A stretch of DNA of 64,000 bases from an uncultured Acidobacteriota bacterium (GTDB taxonomy: Bacteria > Acidobacteriota > Blastocatellia > RBC074). The notes under the pieces are model-generated. The model did not search any database. It was not told the DNA's origin and worked only from the letters and a program-made list of their open reading frames with translations. Where the stretch lies: positions 384,001 through 448,000 of the forward strand of contig CAWCKY010000003.1 of NCBI GenBank assembly GCA_963796275.1, in the 5' to 3' direction. This document shows, one piece after another, positions 41,706-52,145 of this stretch. The number at the start of each line of letters is the position of its first letter. Positions within the stretch are counted from its first letter, which is position 1. The position numbers were made by a program, and so were the translations under genes.

Positions 41706-42683
41706 TTAAGCCGATTTATCGGGCTTTCCCGTCGTGCGAACAGGCCAACCGTTTGAGGGCTGGTGGTCTCGGGAAACGTTATCCCGAGGTCGTTCGTTCA
41801 AACCGCTTGCCTGAAACTCATATTCATACAGCTTCGCCGCAATGACAGCCTCATGCATCGTCATCAGCGTGCAGAAGATCATGCCCGGCTTGCCATCGAG
41901 GAACCCCAGCCTGATGAAGTACATCCAGATGAAACGCAGTAATGGCCTGAACGGTAGTCGCGCCCATAACCGTTTAATATACCGTTTGCGCTCGAGCGGC
42001 GATCCCAGCAGACTTGCTCCGATGCTGTTCGATCCATCCTCGCCGCGAGCAAGGTTGTGGTAAACGCGTGCGTCCCAGTTAGAGTAACGATTGTGACGCT
42101 CGATGAAGTGATAAACGCTTTTGTAGTCCTCGTGTATAAGATCGTTCCCGAGATATTCGGCGCGCCCTCGCAAAACCACGTGTTCGTGAGCCTCCACGTC
42201 GCCGGCGTTTTCGACGTCGTCCGTTTCCAGTCGCTCGTATCTTCCCAGCCTATGTTGAAACAAACGCATGTTCCAGCTCGGATACCACCCGCAGTGCTTT
42301 ATCCAGCGCCCGAGGAAGATAAGTCTGCGGTTGAGATAATAGCCCTCCGCTTTATCGCGGCGGCCGAGGATGTCACGGATTTCAGCTGCCAGTTCAGGTG
42401 TCACGCGCTCGTCACAGTCGAGTATCAACACCCACTCATATTTGAAAGGGATATTTTCCAGGGCCCAATTCTTTTTCTTGGGATGGCCGCCCGAATATTC
42501 GAATTGAACGATCTTGTCCGTGTAGCCTTTTGCGATATCTATCGTGCGATCGCAACTCTGTGAATCGACAACCCATATTTCATCGGCCCAGACTACGCTC
42601 TCAAGGCAGGCGGCTATATTGCGTTCTTCATTTTTAACCGGTACGAGAACCGACAGCGGAGCTTTGGATGATGTATGCGTCAT
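41706..42683 (-). CDS. GT2 glycosyltransferase
   Basis: SVLVPVKNEE, VVDSQSCDRT, WVLILDCDE, HEHV, RHNRYS. Confidence 0.93.
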   Translation of the reverse strand: MTHTSSKAPLSVLVPVKNEERNIAACLESVVWADEIWVVDSQSCDRTIDIAKGYTDKIVQFEYSGGHPKKKNWALENIPFKYEWVLILDCDERVTPELAAEIRDILGRRDKAEGYYLNRRLIFLGRWIKHCGWYPSWNMRLFQHRLGRYERLETDDVENAGDVEAHEHVVLRGRAEYLGNDLIHEDYKSVYHFIERHNRYSNWDARVYHNLARGEDGSNSIGASLLGSPLERKRYIKRLWARLPFRPLLRFIWMYFIRLGFLDGKPGMIFCTLMTMHEAVIAAKLYEYEFQASGLNERPRDNVSRDHQPSNGWPVRTTGKPDKSA

Positions 42684-43930
42684 TATTTTTGCGCCTCGGC
42701 GGGGTAGGGGGGATGTTCCTTGAGTTTACATGAGTTCGTTGAGACCAGTACGCGCTCGACGAGTGCAAGCAAATCTCGAACATGCTGATCCCATGAGAAA
42801 TGCTTGATTCGCTCCGAGCCATTCAGCCTGAGCCGCTCTCTCAGCCGTTGGTTCGTCAGCACTTCAACGCAACGCCTCGCCAATTCGTTTTCGTCTAAAA
42901 CATCGAAATAGATTGCCGCCTCGCCGCATACTTCGCGATGCACGCCGAGATTTGCGGTAACCACCGGCAGCGACATAGCCATCGCCTCGACCAGTGGGTG
43001 AGAGAAACTTTCAGCATATGACGGACAAACGAATAGATCGCAGAGACGATAAAGCTGGTGCAGACTGTCATATGGCAAACTGCCGAGCATCGCGATGTTT
43101 TCGTTGACATCGAGCCTGTCGATTAAATCAGCAGCAAGCGTGGCATCGTAACCGCCGTAAACAGCGCCCCGCCTGATGTCGGCCGTCAATATTAATTGGA
43201 TATCTTTGGCTTCCTTCACCTTTATCTCCTTCTTGATGATCGGAAGCGCGCGAATCAGCGTCTCGAAATTTCTGAAATAGTTGTAATGGCTAACATAGAG
43301 TAGGCGATAGCAATTATCACTCAAATTTAGCTTCGAATATCGTTCGGCCGATAACGGCTTGTCATTCGCCGTGAATAGCTGGTGGTCAAAGCCGAAGCGC
43401 AAAACCTCGAATCTTTCAGATTTCAACCCGTTTCCGGCTCGTATCCGATCGCGAAAAGCTCTCGTCGGGGTGATATTGATATCCGCCTGTTTGACGGAAA
43501 TGCGTGCTAGCTGGCTTTTTAGACGATGTTTGATGAGTTCGCGATAAAGTCCTCGCGCCTTCAAGTCGTTTTCGAAATAAGCGGAAAAGTAGAGTTCGTT
43601 GCGGCTGAAAAGTATCTGAGGGATCGGTGAAGAGAGGAGAGCGAAGTTACCAAGAGAGACCAGCACATCGATCTTTCGCGATTTGATGTAACCGCGCAGA
43701 CTCGTTTGTTCCCAAAACCAGCGACCGAGCAGGTTACCGCCGGATTGAACTGTCTCAATACTCATCCGCTCACCGGTGAAGCAGGCATAATCCTCAAGGT
43801 GCTCTGACGGGACCAGGACGACAAATCGGTTGTTATCTTCACCCCCGCACAATCTGGGTAACACATTTCTCAGATAAGTAATCCCGCCGCCCGCGGTCGA
43901 AGCGAGAGCGTTAAGAAGCACATTGCCCAT
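42683..43930 (-). CDS. GT4 glycosyltransferase
   Basis: GGGITY, PSYAESFSHPLVEAMA, FSW. Confidence 0.9.
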   Translation of the reverse strand: MGNVLLNALASTAGGGITYLRNVLPRLCGGEDNNRFVVLVPSEHLEDYACFTGERMSIETVQSGGNLLGRWFWEQTSLRGYIKSRKIDVLVSLGNFALLSSPIPQILFSRNELYFSAYFENDLKARGLYRELIKHRLKSQLARISVKQADINITPTRAFRDRIRAGNGLKSERFEVLRFGFDHQLFTANDKPLSAERYSKLNLSDNCYRLLYVSHYNYFRNFETLIRALPIIKKEIKVKEAKDIQLILTADIRRGAVYGGYDATLAADLIDRLDVNENIAMLGSLPYDSLHQLYRLCDLFVCPSYAESFSHPLVEAMAMSLPVVTANLGVHREVCGEAAIYFDVLDENELARRCVEVLTNQRLRERLRLNGSERIKHFSWDQHVRDLLALVERVLVSTNSCKLKEHPPYPAEAQK

Positions 43931-45239
43931 GATCTTCTTTATCCGATGAATTCCTAGAGCTTACGACCAGAGCATAAGTGAGACAAACAGACAACACTGC
44001 CAGCAACCAGACTTGATGCGGCATGACAATACTGTTCCACCACCACGACGATTCCCAGTCGCGCGGAATATAACCGCTGCCTATCAGCTCTTTCAGAATA
44101 ACGGCCCCTGGAGCAAGAAAAGGCGTGATCAGAAAGAAAATGAGGCGCGCCGATTTTTTTTGCAGACCCGACCAGGAAATCAGACTCCAGAGTAGCGGCA
44201 GGAGGAGTAATATCGCATCGTAGAATCGGTGATAGGAGGCAAGCAATCCCAGCACGAATAACGAGCTAAAAAAAAGAAGTTCATTTTTATAAGATTTATC
44301 AGAGGCTCGTTTGCTAATGGTCGTCCACAACCAGACAAACTGTGAACCGACAAAGCCGAGTACCAGAAGGCTGACCAGCCAGCCCTGTTCGATATTGGTA
44401 TGTAACAGCCAATGTAGATTGAGCAAGTGGTGACGGCTCGCATTTGCTGCCGTCGGATCATTGCTTCTTCCCTCAGCCGCAAATTCATGATAATTGCGAA
44501 CCCAGGAATCGACCCAATCAAACTGTCCCAATTCTAAACGGCCTATTGCGATAAGAGCGAGGATCAGAGTGCCGGCGGCGGCGATTATGCATATTTTCCA
44601 GCGCCGCTGAAGTGCAAAACCAAGCCAGGCGATCCCACCTATTTGTGGTTTCATGCAAATAGCTAGAACCAGCGCAAGACCCGCAATTGATTCCTTTTTT
44701 GTCGATGCCGCCCAAACTGCCAGGAGAGCTGAAAAACCGCTGGGAACAATCAGATTTCCCAATGCAATCCCCGTATGCAACGGAGCGAGCCCTAAGGCGA
44801 TTGCCCAATAAGTGATAGTCCGCCAATCTCCCGTGTCGAATTGAGCGGTAGAAAGCAACAATCTGATAACGAGGAGCGCGAATGTAATGTTGACGATCAG
44901 CACGCTATAACGTGCCGTCTTCCATGACCAAAATGTTAAAGGCGCAAGGATAATAAGTGTGGTTGGAGGATAAACTGACGGGGTAGTCGTTTTAACGGGT
45001 TTTTTTACTTGTTCCCCCCCTGCTTCCCGCCAAATATGATCGAGAGTGTCGTGATCGTACGGATTAGCGCCTGTCCGCCATGCGCGTGCCGCGAGATATG
45101 GAACGGCTAAATCGCTCGACAAAGTCAAAGCCCTTAATGGGCCGCGAACTATAAATTCCGCCAAAGTACCCAAGAGCAGTATGAGGCAAAAAACTTTTAT
45201 TGCTCGCTTACTTCGAGTTTCTGGTTGTTGCAAGATCAA
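43911..45239 (-). CDS. GT87/DUF2029-like polytopic (GT-C) glycosyltransferase
   Basis: DLAVPYLAARAWRTGANPY, SVYPP, MKPQ, YHRFYD; multiple TM segments. Confidence 0.8.
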   Translation of the reverse strand: MILQQPETRSKRAIKVFCLILLLGTLAEFIVRGPLRALTLSSDLAVPYLAARAWRTGANPYDHDTLDHIWREAGGEQVKKPVKTTTPSVYPPTTLIILAPLTFWSWKTARYSVLIVNITFALLVIRLLLSTAQFDTGDWRTITYWAIALGLAPLHTGIALGNLIVPSGFSALLAVWAASTKKESIAGLALVLAICMKPQIGGIAWLGFALQRRWKICIIAAAGTLILALIAIGRLELGQFDWVDSWVRNYHEFAAEGRSNDPTAANASRHHLLNLHWLLHTNIEQGWLVSLLVLGFVGSQFVWLWTTISKRASDKSYKNELLFFSSLFVLGLLASYHRFYDAILLLLPLLWSLISWSGLQKKSARLIFFLITPFLAPGAVILKELIGSGYIPRDWESSWWWNSIVMPHQVWLLAVLSVCLTYALVVSSRNSSDKEDHGQCAS

Positions 45240-45404
45240 CTCATCTCAACTTTGCCGATGGTTGAGCCCTAACTGTAATCGAAAATAATCTATATATCGA
45301 ATGTTAGGCGCCAGTCAGGTCCGAATCGGTTGTGAGTGAAACTCAATCGTCGCTATGAAGGGCTAAATTCATACCGTTTCCCAATGGGCATGGACAAAAT
45401 TCGA

Positions 45405-46799
45405 TTACTTGGTGTCTGGTTGTAATGCCGGATAGGTCAGCTCTCGGCTGCGTAAATTGGTCTGTGCGCGCTCGGTTGCTGGCACAGGCCCCCAGAGCCA
45501 TTGCGCAATTATCCCGGCGGATGGTCCCCAGAACATCAGCGAAAGCACGCTTCCGGCGGAGAACATCCAACTTTCAAAGAACGCATTTACCGTTCCCGCG
45601 ACAAATACCGCGATGAAAACCGCATTTATATTACGCTGAAGGTAGTTTCCACCTCGCCGTATCAGGGCGATCGATCTGGCGGCTATCAGGTATAAGATCA
45701 ACAATAATAATATGAACCCGGGTAATCCCAGATCTCCGAACAATTCAATATAGCTATTATGAGCGTGGCGTGCCGCATACTTATTCCCGCTAAATGGTAA
45801 GGTGAGGCGATGAGACGTCGCAAAACCATAGCCATTCAGCTTCTTTTCCCAATAAAGCGGCAAGATATTACTCCATAATTCGTAACGCCGTTCCTGATAG
45901 AACTGCGACGATAGGCCGGTAACTTCAGCTCTCTCGACCGTGTCTTTGCGGATGAACCTCGTTATTTCATGCCGGATGTCTGAGAAGAGGAGGAAACTGA
46001 GAACGAGACAAATCGCAGCGGCGGTGATTTTGAGCCGGCCCTCCATGTTGATGACGAAAAAATAGGTCGCTACCGCGATTAAACAGGCAAGCATGCCGCC
46101 GCGTGAATTTGATAGCCATAATCCGATGACCAAAACAGCAAGCAGAACGATATCCATCCACCTATCGAGCTTCCGCCTCGTCTCTACCCGCCAGTGGAAA
46201 ATGACATAGGGTATGATGAATGCCGAAAAGATGCCGAACATATTCTGATTACCGAAGGGGCCGGCGTAGCTATTCATAATCACCGATACACCGTAATTAT
46301 GGAGCCCAGCCAAATGCATCAATATTGCCGGAACCAAAACACACCAGGCGATGTAATAATGCAGCCGGAAAAATTTGATGCAGTTCACTCTCCAATAAAG
46401 GTGGCGGACAAATCCAATCAGAATCGATAGAGCGAGAAGCGCGAAACTAATGGCGCGCATGAATGAGTAATTGAAATCTTCCGCATACGAGGTCGAAATC
46501 AAAATATCAACGATCAGCAATCCGCCCAAAACACCGAAAGCGACGTCGGATTGAAAGCCTTCCGGCCGGAATGTGCGAATCGAGACCCAGAGCATCACGC
46601 CCAATGAAATCCACCGCAACATACTCAGCGGGCTGAAAACTCCTTCTGCCAGTTCATCTATCTGGTTGCCTTCGCCCTTGTTAAGCACAAAAAAGAGCAG
46701 GACCAGGAAAAACAATCCATAACCCCTGATGAAGGTTTCCTGGTAGTGGCGAGCTAACAGCCATAGTACGCAGATGATAACTATTCCACCGATAATCAT
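45405..46799 (-). CDS. O-antigen polymerase/ligase family (Wzy_C) membrane protein, probable Wzy
   Basis: GPFGNQN, SNSRGG, R.ELW, GYG, HAHNSYIELFGDLGLPG. Confidence 0.85.
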   Translation of the reverse strand: MIIGGIVIICVLWLLARHYQETFIRGYGLFFLVLLFFVLNKGEGNQIDELAEGVFSPLSMLRWISLGVMLWVSIRTFRPEGFQSDVAFGVLGGLLIVDILISTSYAEDFNYSFMRAISFALLALSILIGFVRHLYWRVNCIKFFRLHYYIAWCVLVPAILMHLAGLHNYGVSVIMNSYAGPFGNQNMFGIFSAFIIPYVIFHWRVETRRKLDRWMDIVLLAVLVIGLWLSNSRGGMLACLIAVATYFFVINMEGRLKITAAAICLVLSFLLFSDIRHEITRFIRKDTVERAEVTGLSSQFYQERRYELWSNILPLYWEKKLNGYGFATSHRLTLPFSGNKYAARHAHNSYIELFGDLGLPGFILLLLILYLIAARSIALIRRGGNYLQRNINAVFIAVFVAGTVNAFFESWMFSAGSVLSLMFWGPSAGIIAQWLWGPVPATERAQTNLRSRELTYPALQPDTK

Positions 46800-46943
46800 A
46801 GGTCAAACAAACTTAGATTCGTGGCGAATTAAATTGGTTAGTATCAGAGCCAGTATTAGAGCCATGGATTGATCTGAGTCCCCAACTTTCTCCTTATAAG
46901 TTCCTTCCCTCGGACTTATCGGGAACCTATAAAACGTGGCCTT

Positions 46944-48086
46944 TCAGGGATGTGACGACTCGACCGCGCGAATAATTCCCTGCGCGGCGCTATCGATCGT
47001 CCATGAATCTATTTTCAATTGTGAACACTCTTGCATCGAGCGCCGAAGCTGGCTGTCAGTTGCCAGCAATTCCATCTTCCCAGCCAGTTCATCGACGGAG
47101 AACGTTTCGAGTGCCACACCATTATCGTTACGCACCAAATCCAGGGTTGCGCCGCAATGGCGGTGGGCTATCACGGCCAGGCCGCTGGCCATCGCCTCGT
47201 TGATTACCAAACCCCAGGGCTCCTCTCTCGCCGGTAACACCATCACATCGGCCATAGCGTAGTAGAGAGGCAATCTGCACTGTTCTACGGAGCCTGCGAA
47301 GATCACCCTCGGATCGCTGCCCGCCAGCTCTTGTAATGAATCGCGTTCTATTCCGTTCCCCGCTATCACGAGCGCTATCCGATCATCCTTCAGCCGGCGG
47401 AGCGCGCGGATAATAAGATCGACATTTTTCCGTTTTATCAGGCGTCCTACGAAGAGGAAGATGATTCTGTCGGTAAGGCCAAGATTTGCGCGTAACGCTT
47501 TCGATTCTCCCCTTCGAGCTTCAATCGACAGCTTAAAGAAGTCATTGTCGACCGCGAAGCGCGTTTCATATAGCTGTTCCGGCCTCGCGCCGTAGGCTTC
47601 CCAGAACATTCGGTTCGCGATCCCGATAGTGAGGAGTGCGGCAGCCCGCTTAGTCACCTGGCCTACCCACCATCGCTTTAAAATTCTTTTGACCCGGCTC
47701 GCTCGATCGCAGTAAATATTTGAATCCCCACTTAATGCAAATGGAGTATTGGTGATTATGGACCAGAGGATCGCGGTGATTTGCGGCAACAGGGTGTAGC
47801 CGTAACAGATCAAATAGTCGGGCCGTTCGCGGAACAGCAGTCCCGCAAGCGCCAGCGCGCCAGCCCCTCTACTTCCCAGTCTCACCGCGAGCCTCGGCAT
47901 TCTTTGATCGAGGATAACCGTGCGATGCGTATTTTCGGACTCAAGTTTCTCTTCCACCCAACCGACGTTTCTATGCCAGATGGAGACGTAACAGACAGTC
48001 AGTTCCCATCCAGACTTGTGGCCTAACTTTTCGAAAAGGGCTTTTAAGTTAGGCGATGGGACGTTGTTGAGTACCAGTACGCGCAT
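46944..48086 (-). CDS. GT4 glycosyltransferase
   Basis: FVGRLIKRKN, EPWGLVINEAMASGL. Confidence 0.93.
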   Translation of the reverse strand: MRVLVLNNVPSPNLKALFEKLGHKSGWELTVCYVSIWHRNVGWVEEKLESENTHRTVILDQRMPRLAVRLGSRGAGALALAGLLFRERPDYLICYGYTLLPQITAILWSIITNTPFALSGDSNIYCDRASRVKRILKRWWVGQVTKRAAALLTIGIANRMFWEAYGARPEQLYETRFAVDNDFFKLSIEARRGESKALRANLGLTDRIIFLFVGRLIKRKNVDLIIRALRRLKDDRIALVIAGNGIERDSLQELAGSDPRVIFAGSVEQCRLPLYYAMADVMVLPAREEPWGLVINEAMASGLAVIAHRHCGATLDLVRNDNGVALETFSVDELAGKMELLATDSQLRRSMQECSQLKIDSWTIDSAAQGIIRAVESSHP

Positions 48087-48206
48087 GGTAACCCGTTTTT
48101 CCTGTTCAACGCAGAGTCACAGAGTGAGGACTTTTGGTGACCTCGTTCGTGTTTTTCGCTTTTTGCATAATTACCGTCAGTTCCTCCTTTATCTTCATCA
48201 TCGAGA

Positions 48207-49802
48207 TCAATCGACGGCCTGTACCTGCTGGTTATTCTCCTCAACTACATAAAACGATCCGCCGATCGTCGCATTGACAGTTACCTTACGATATTCCGGT
48301 ATGTTCACCTCTACGTTTTGACGCGGTCCCAGTGGAGAATAGGCGTAGACGAGCCACGACCGATTGGGGGCATTGCCCCGAACCAATGCCAGCGAGAAGA
48401 CGTCCAGCGGCGTCCCCAGCTCCCACGGGCGGTCGGGGTTGAGCGAGGCATCGAGCAGGAACCAGCGATCGACGTTCTGGTACTCTTTGGGGACGATCGA
48501 CTGATATTGATGTGACTGTGCTCGATTGGGTACCAGCTCGCCTCTGCGCCAGAAATCTCGCAGCGTCCGATTTTTGTGAACGCGATCGACAGCCTCTACG
48601 ATCGGTAGAAAGTATGATTCAGATTGAGCCAATGTATCGCGGTAGGCGCGGAATTCCCGCACGACTCGCGGGCGTAACAGCCACATTCCGAATTGCACCA
48701 TTCCGCCATAACGTGCCGGAGAGTATTGCTGGCCCTGGTTCTTGTAGAATTCGCGCTTGTCCAAATTACCGGGGAAATGGCCATCCCAAGTTGAAATTTC
48801 GAACCAGAATTTCGGATTGAGCCTGAGCGCCTCCCTTTGCATAAACACCCAGTTCATCGCCTCCACCTGCGGACTGTAGACCGCATAATCGGTAATGGTG
48901 CTCCAGTTGAAGACATAGAACGGAGGCGCCCCGCCATCCCAGGCGAGCGGCCAGGGATCGATCCTGCCGGAAGTATAAAGCGAATGCTCCATCCAACCAT
49001 CCCATCGGGCAAAGTGCGAAGGGCCGAAAGCGCTATACCCGATAAAGATTGCGTTATTTTTCCATGCCCGGGAGCTCAACCCCTGGCGTATTCCGTGCTG
49101 CAGCGCGCGGTATCGCTCGATCCATCCATCTCCGACGACCCTTCGTTTGAAATTATCATCGCGCGCTGTACCGAAGAGCTTAACGTAGCGGCGGTCTTCC
49201 TCGACTTTGGTCCAGTGAAGTTTCGTATGCTCATTGTTCGAAACGAACAAGACAATCGGCGGGTTTGGGTACCATTCTTGTAGCTTCTTGATCATGCGGC
49301 TCGACCCCCATTTAATTCCCGCTTCCTCCCAAGGTCCTACCGGGCCAAAGGGCGACACTTCGCGACGGACCTCGCCGCTCGCTGTTACGACATTAGGGTT
49401 ATTATCCGGGGTCAGATTGTAGTATTCATCAGTCGCGGAAAGGATGAATTCCCACTGCGTACCGACGAACGAGATCGGCAGGTTGAGCTGCGCCGCTCGC
49501 TTAATCGCGGTTTCGTAATAGTCTATCCAACGCTGATCGTCCGGGATGACAGACATGTCCGGCATATTGAACCAGGGAAGCAGATGATGCCCTCGATCGA
49601 TCATATTCATCTGGTAGGATGGACTGAAACCATCTTTTTCCTGGCCAACATTCCAGTGAGCCGCCAGTGGCAATGGATAATCGCGCGAGCCCTGGCGTAA
49701 TGCTTCAGTTCGAATACCTTCGATAACAGTGGAAGATGGTTGAATTATCGATAGGGAGGAAAGGAGGATACCGGCCATCAAGCTAAAAAGTGTTTGTTTC
49801 AT
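48207..49802 (-). CDS. Secreted hypothetical protein, possibly a TIM-barrel glycoside hydrolase
   Basis: Signal peptide MKQTLFSLMAGILLSSL; Trp/Tyr-rich; LFVSNNE and FWFEIS motifs; beta-rich C-terminus. Confidence 0.7.
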   Translation of the reverse strand: MKQTLFSLMAGILLSSLSIIQPSSTVIEGIRTEALRQGSRDYPLPLAAHWNVGQEKDGFSPSYQMNMIDRGHHLLPWFNMPDMSVIPDDQRWIDYYETAIKRAAQLNLPISFVGTQWEFILSATDEYYNLTPDNNPNVVTASGEVRREVSPFGPVGPWEEAGIKWGSSRMIKKLQEWYPNPPIVLFVSNNEHTKLHWTKVEEDRRYVKLFGTARDDNFKRRVVGDGWIERYRALQHGIRQGLSSRAWKNNAIFIGYSAFGPSHFARWDGWMEHSLYTSGRIDPWPLAWDGGAPPFYVFNWSTITDYAVYSPQVEAMNWVFMQREALRLNPKFWFEISTWDGHFPGNLDKREFYKNQGQQYSPARYGGMVQFGMWLLRPRVVREFRAYRDTLAQSESYFLPIVEAVDRVHKNRTLRDFWRRGELVPNRAQSHQYQSIVPKEYQNVDRWFLLDASLNPDRPWELGTPLDVFSLALVRGNAPNRSWLVYAYSPLGPRQNVEVNIPEYRKVTVNATIGGSFYVVEENNQQVQAVD

Positions 49803-49826
49803 AATCAACATTTCCTCCGCAAATAG

Positions 49827-49905
49827 GTAGGCAGGAAAGTGATCCCCTGCCCAATTTGCCCAATCACCGGGCAGACGCACAGGTTGCTCACAGGTCTGCC
49901 CCTAC
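49827..49905. repeat. GTAG-type REP doublet
   Basis: GTAGGCAGG…CCTGCCC and inverted GGGCAGAC…GTCTGCCCCTAC. Confidence 0.65.
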
Positions 49906-49918
49906 GTTGGAACACACC

Positions 49919-50869
49919 TTACAATTTAGCGTAAGGCGGTCCGAAAGACTCATCTAGCTTACGACCCAGTAAAATCTGCTTGTATGCTAGGGTAAGCCTC
50001 CTGCCGAATTGCAGGTATTCAATGAATCCGTTTTTATTGAAAGTCAAAACCGCGCGACATGCCAGGAGCAGCAATGAAAGGACAGCATATCCCCAGGCAT
50101 CGGCTCGTTTGCCTATCTTATGGAGGTAATAAACTGAATTGCGTTTGAGAAGAAAACTGACCTGTCCGGTCATGTGATAACCATCCTGTTTTTGCTTATG
50201 AACCACACTATCGATGGGAAGGTATTTAACGAGCCAGCCATGCCGATGGGCGCGATAATCCATATCAGCATCTTCGATGTACATGAAGATGTTCTCGTCA
50301 AACAGTCCTATTTCCCGCAGACAGGATGTCTTAATCAAAATGCAGACGCCGTTCAACACCTTCGTCTCCACGGCTTCGTCACCCGATAAAACCAGAGAGT
50401 TCTTATTTAGCCGGAATCGAATCCAGTTAACGGTGTTTCGCCAAAGGCCTGGCGGAAAGAGTACAGTATTTTGCACTTTCCCGGCCTCACGCAAAAATAC
50501 CTTCGGACCGGCAATCCCCACCTGGGAATGCGCTTCCGTATAATCTATCATCTCGTCGAGAAATCGCGGGTTGGCCAACACAGTATCGGGGTTGATTATC
50601 AAAACATACCTTGCCCCATGATCGATCGCATACTCGATTCCTCTGTTATTACCGCCGGTATAACCAAGATTGCCGCCCGTCTGTAATGTGGTTATCTCAG
50701 GAAACTCTTCCTGTAACATTTCTTCGGTTCCATCATCGGAACGATTATCCACTATAACGAGCTTGTAATTGGGGTAAGTTAAGAGGTGTAGGGATTTTAT
50801 GCAACTTCGCGCGACATCGCGCATTCTGTATGTCAAAACAATGATATAGACCAGAGGATAGTTATGCAT
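49919..50869 (-). CDS. GT2 glycosyltransferase (rhamnosyltransferase-like)
   Basis: IVDNRSDDG, NLGYTGGNNRG, INPDT, FMYIEDAD. Confidence 0.92.
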   Translation of the reverse strand: MHNYPLVYIIVLTYRMRDVARSCIKSLHLLTYPNYKLVIVDNRSDDGTEEMLQEEFPEITTLQTGGNLGYTGGNNRGIEYAIDHGARYVLIINPDTVLANPRFLDEMIDYTEAHSQVGIAGPKVFLREAGKVQNTVLFPPGLWRNTVNWIRFRLNKNSLVLSGDEAVETKVLNGVCILIKTSCLREIGLFDENIFMYIEDADMDYRAHRHGWLVKYLPIDSVVHKQKQDGYHMTGQVSFLLKRNSVYYLHKIGKRADAWGYAVLSLLLLACRAVLTFNKNGFIEYLQFGRRLTLAYKQILLGRKLDESFGPPYAKL

Positions 50870-50909
50870 ACATACGGCGGAGGAAAGCACATAGGATAAC
50901 GAGGCGAAT

Positions 50910-51160
50910 AATCGAATACTGTACCAAATACATTTTGGTTATCATCGATATTCTGATTGGCTCCGGAGGAGCCCGATGTCTATAACATTTGATTGCCCAA
51001 GTCACACAAGCTCCGGACGAGCGACATATAGGCACACGTATATCGCTCCTCCGGAGCTTGTGTGATGTGGGAGAACGAATTCTATAAACATCCCGCGCCT
51101 CTGGCGCTCAGTACCCATAACGTTGATTCAATAACCTTTTATTAGCATACATTTCAATTA
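50910..51160. repeat. MITE/REP-like nested palindrome, copy 2 (same family and orientation as 41388-41636)
   Basis: AGCTCCGGACGAGCGA…TCGCTCCTCCGGAGCT; shared CTATAAACAT(T)CCCGCGCCTCTGGCGCTCAG; boundaries approximate. Confidence 0.75.
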
Positions 51161-51212
51161 ATCCAAAAAATCGATGGTCGCGCAGCTCAGCGCCGGAATA
51201 GGTCGAAGACGT

Positions 51213-52142
51213 TTACTTCTTTAGCGATTTGTGCCCATTGTGCGCTTTATGCGGTGTATTTCCCATACCCAACAGCGCTCTGGGCACGACTATCAACAAC
51301 GCTCCCACAGCTTCTATTACTCCGAAGGATGCGAGTTTTAATGCTGCAACCGGCCTGTGAGGTATCCATTTAGAGGCGGCCTTCATTTTGGAGTAAGGCA
51401 ATGCAATTACGGATAACGCGGCAACTCGTAATCCCGGATATTTAACCGGATATTTTTCCCAAGCCAGATAGCCGTATCGATAGCCCATCATCAGCACGTA
51501 CTCCCAGTGTCTGAGCTTTTTTAGCACGGTTCGTAAGGTCAGTTTTCGTTGTGGGTGAATCACGATAGCTTCCGGTTGCCATACGATCGGTCCGAGCTTT
51601 CGAACCCTCGCCGCCAGCTCTGTGTCTTCATAAGCCGGGTAAAGGAAAGTTTCATCGAATCCGCCGACCTTGAGCAGAACTTCTCGCAGATAGGCGCAGT
51701 TACAGGTCAGATAGACGCCGCCGGTTTTGTTGGTTGGGCCTTCGCCAAGCGGATCGAACTCGCCTTCATTGTCGGCATATACCTGGCCTTCAATCGCCAC
51801 GGCATCGGGATTGTCATTAAACCCCTGAGCAAGCTTTCGCAGCCAGGATCGATGAGGCAGGGTATCGCTGTCGGTCATTGCCACAATACGGCCGCTCGCG
51901 TGTCTGATGCACATGTTTCGCGCCGCCGCCGGGCCTCTCTGCTCTTGTCGAAAATATTGGATATTGACTCCGGATTGCCGCACTTCTTCGATAACCGGTA
52001 TCACGTCTTCATCAGATCCATCGTCACATACGATCACTTCGAATTCATCCCTGGAAAACTCCTGCGCAGCGATAGCCAACAGGCATCGGCGCAAATCTTC
52101 GCGCCGGTTGTGGACCGGTATAATGACGGAGAATTCGACCAA
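51213..52142 (-). CDS. GT2 glycosyltransferase
   Basis: SVIIPVHNR, CDDGSD, GPAAARN, TDSD, GGFDE, EDTE. Confidence 0.93.
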   Translation of the reverse strand: MVEFSVIIPVHNRREDLRRCLLAIAAQEFSRDEFEVIVCDDGSDEDVIPVIEEVRQSGVNIQYFRQEQRGPAAARNMCIRHASGRIVAMTDSDTLPHRSWLRKLAQGFNDNPDAVAIEGQVYADNEGEFDPLGEGPTNKTGGVYLTCNCAYLREVLLKVGGFDETFLYPAYEDTELAARVRKLGPIVWQPEAIVIHPQRKLTLRTVLKKLRHWEYVLMMGYRYGYLAWEKYPVKYPGLRVAALSVIALPYSKMKAASKWIPHRPVAALKLASFGVIEAVGALLIVVPRALLGMGNTPHKAHNGHKSLKK

Positions 52143-52145
52143 TTT

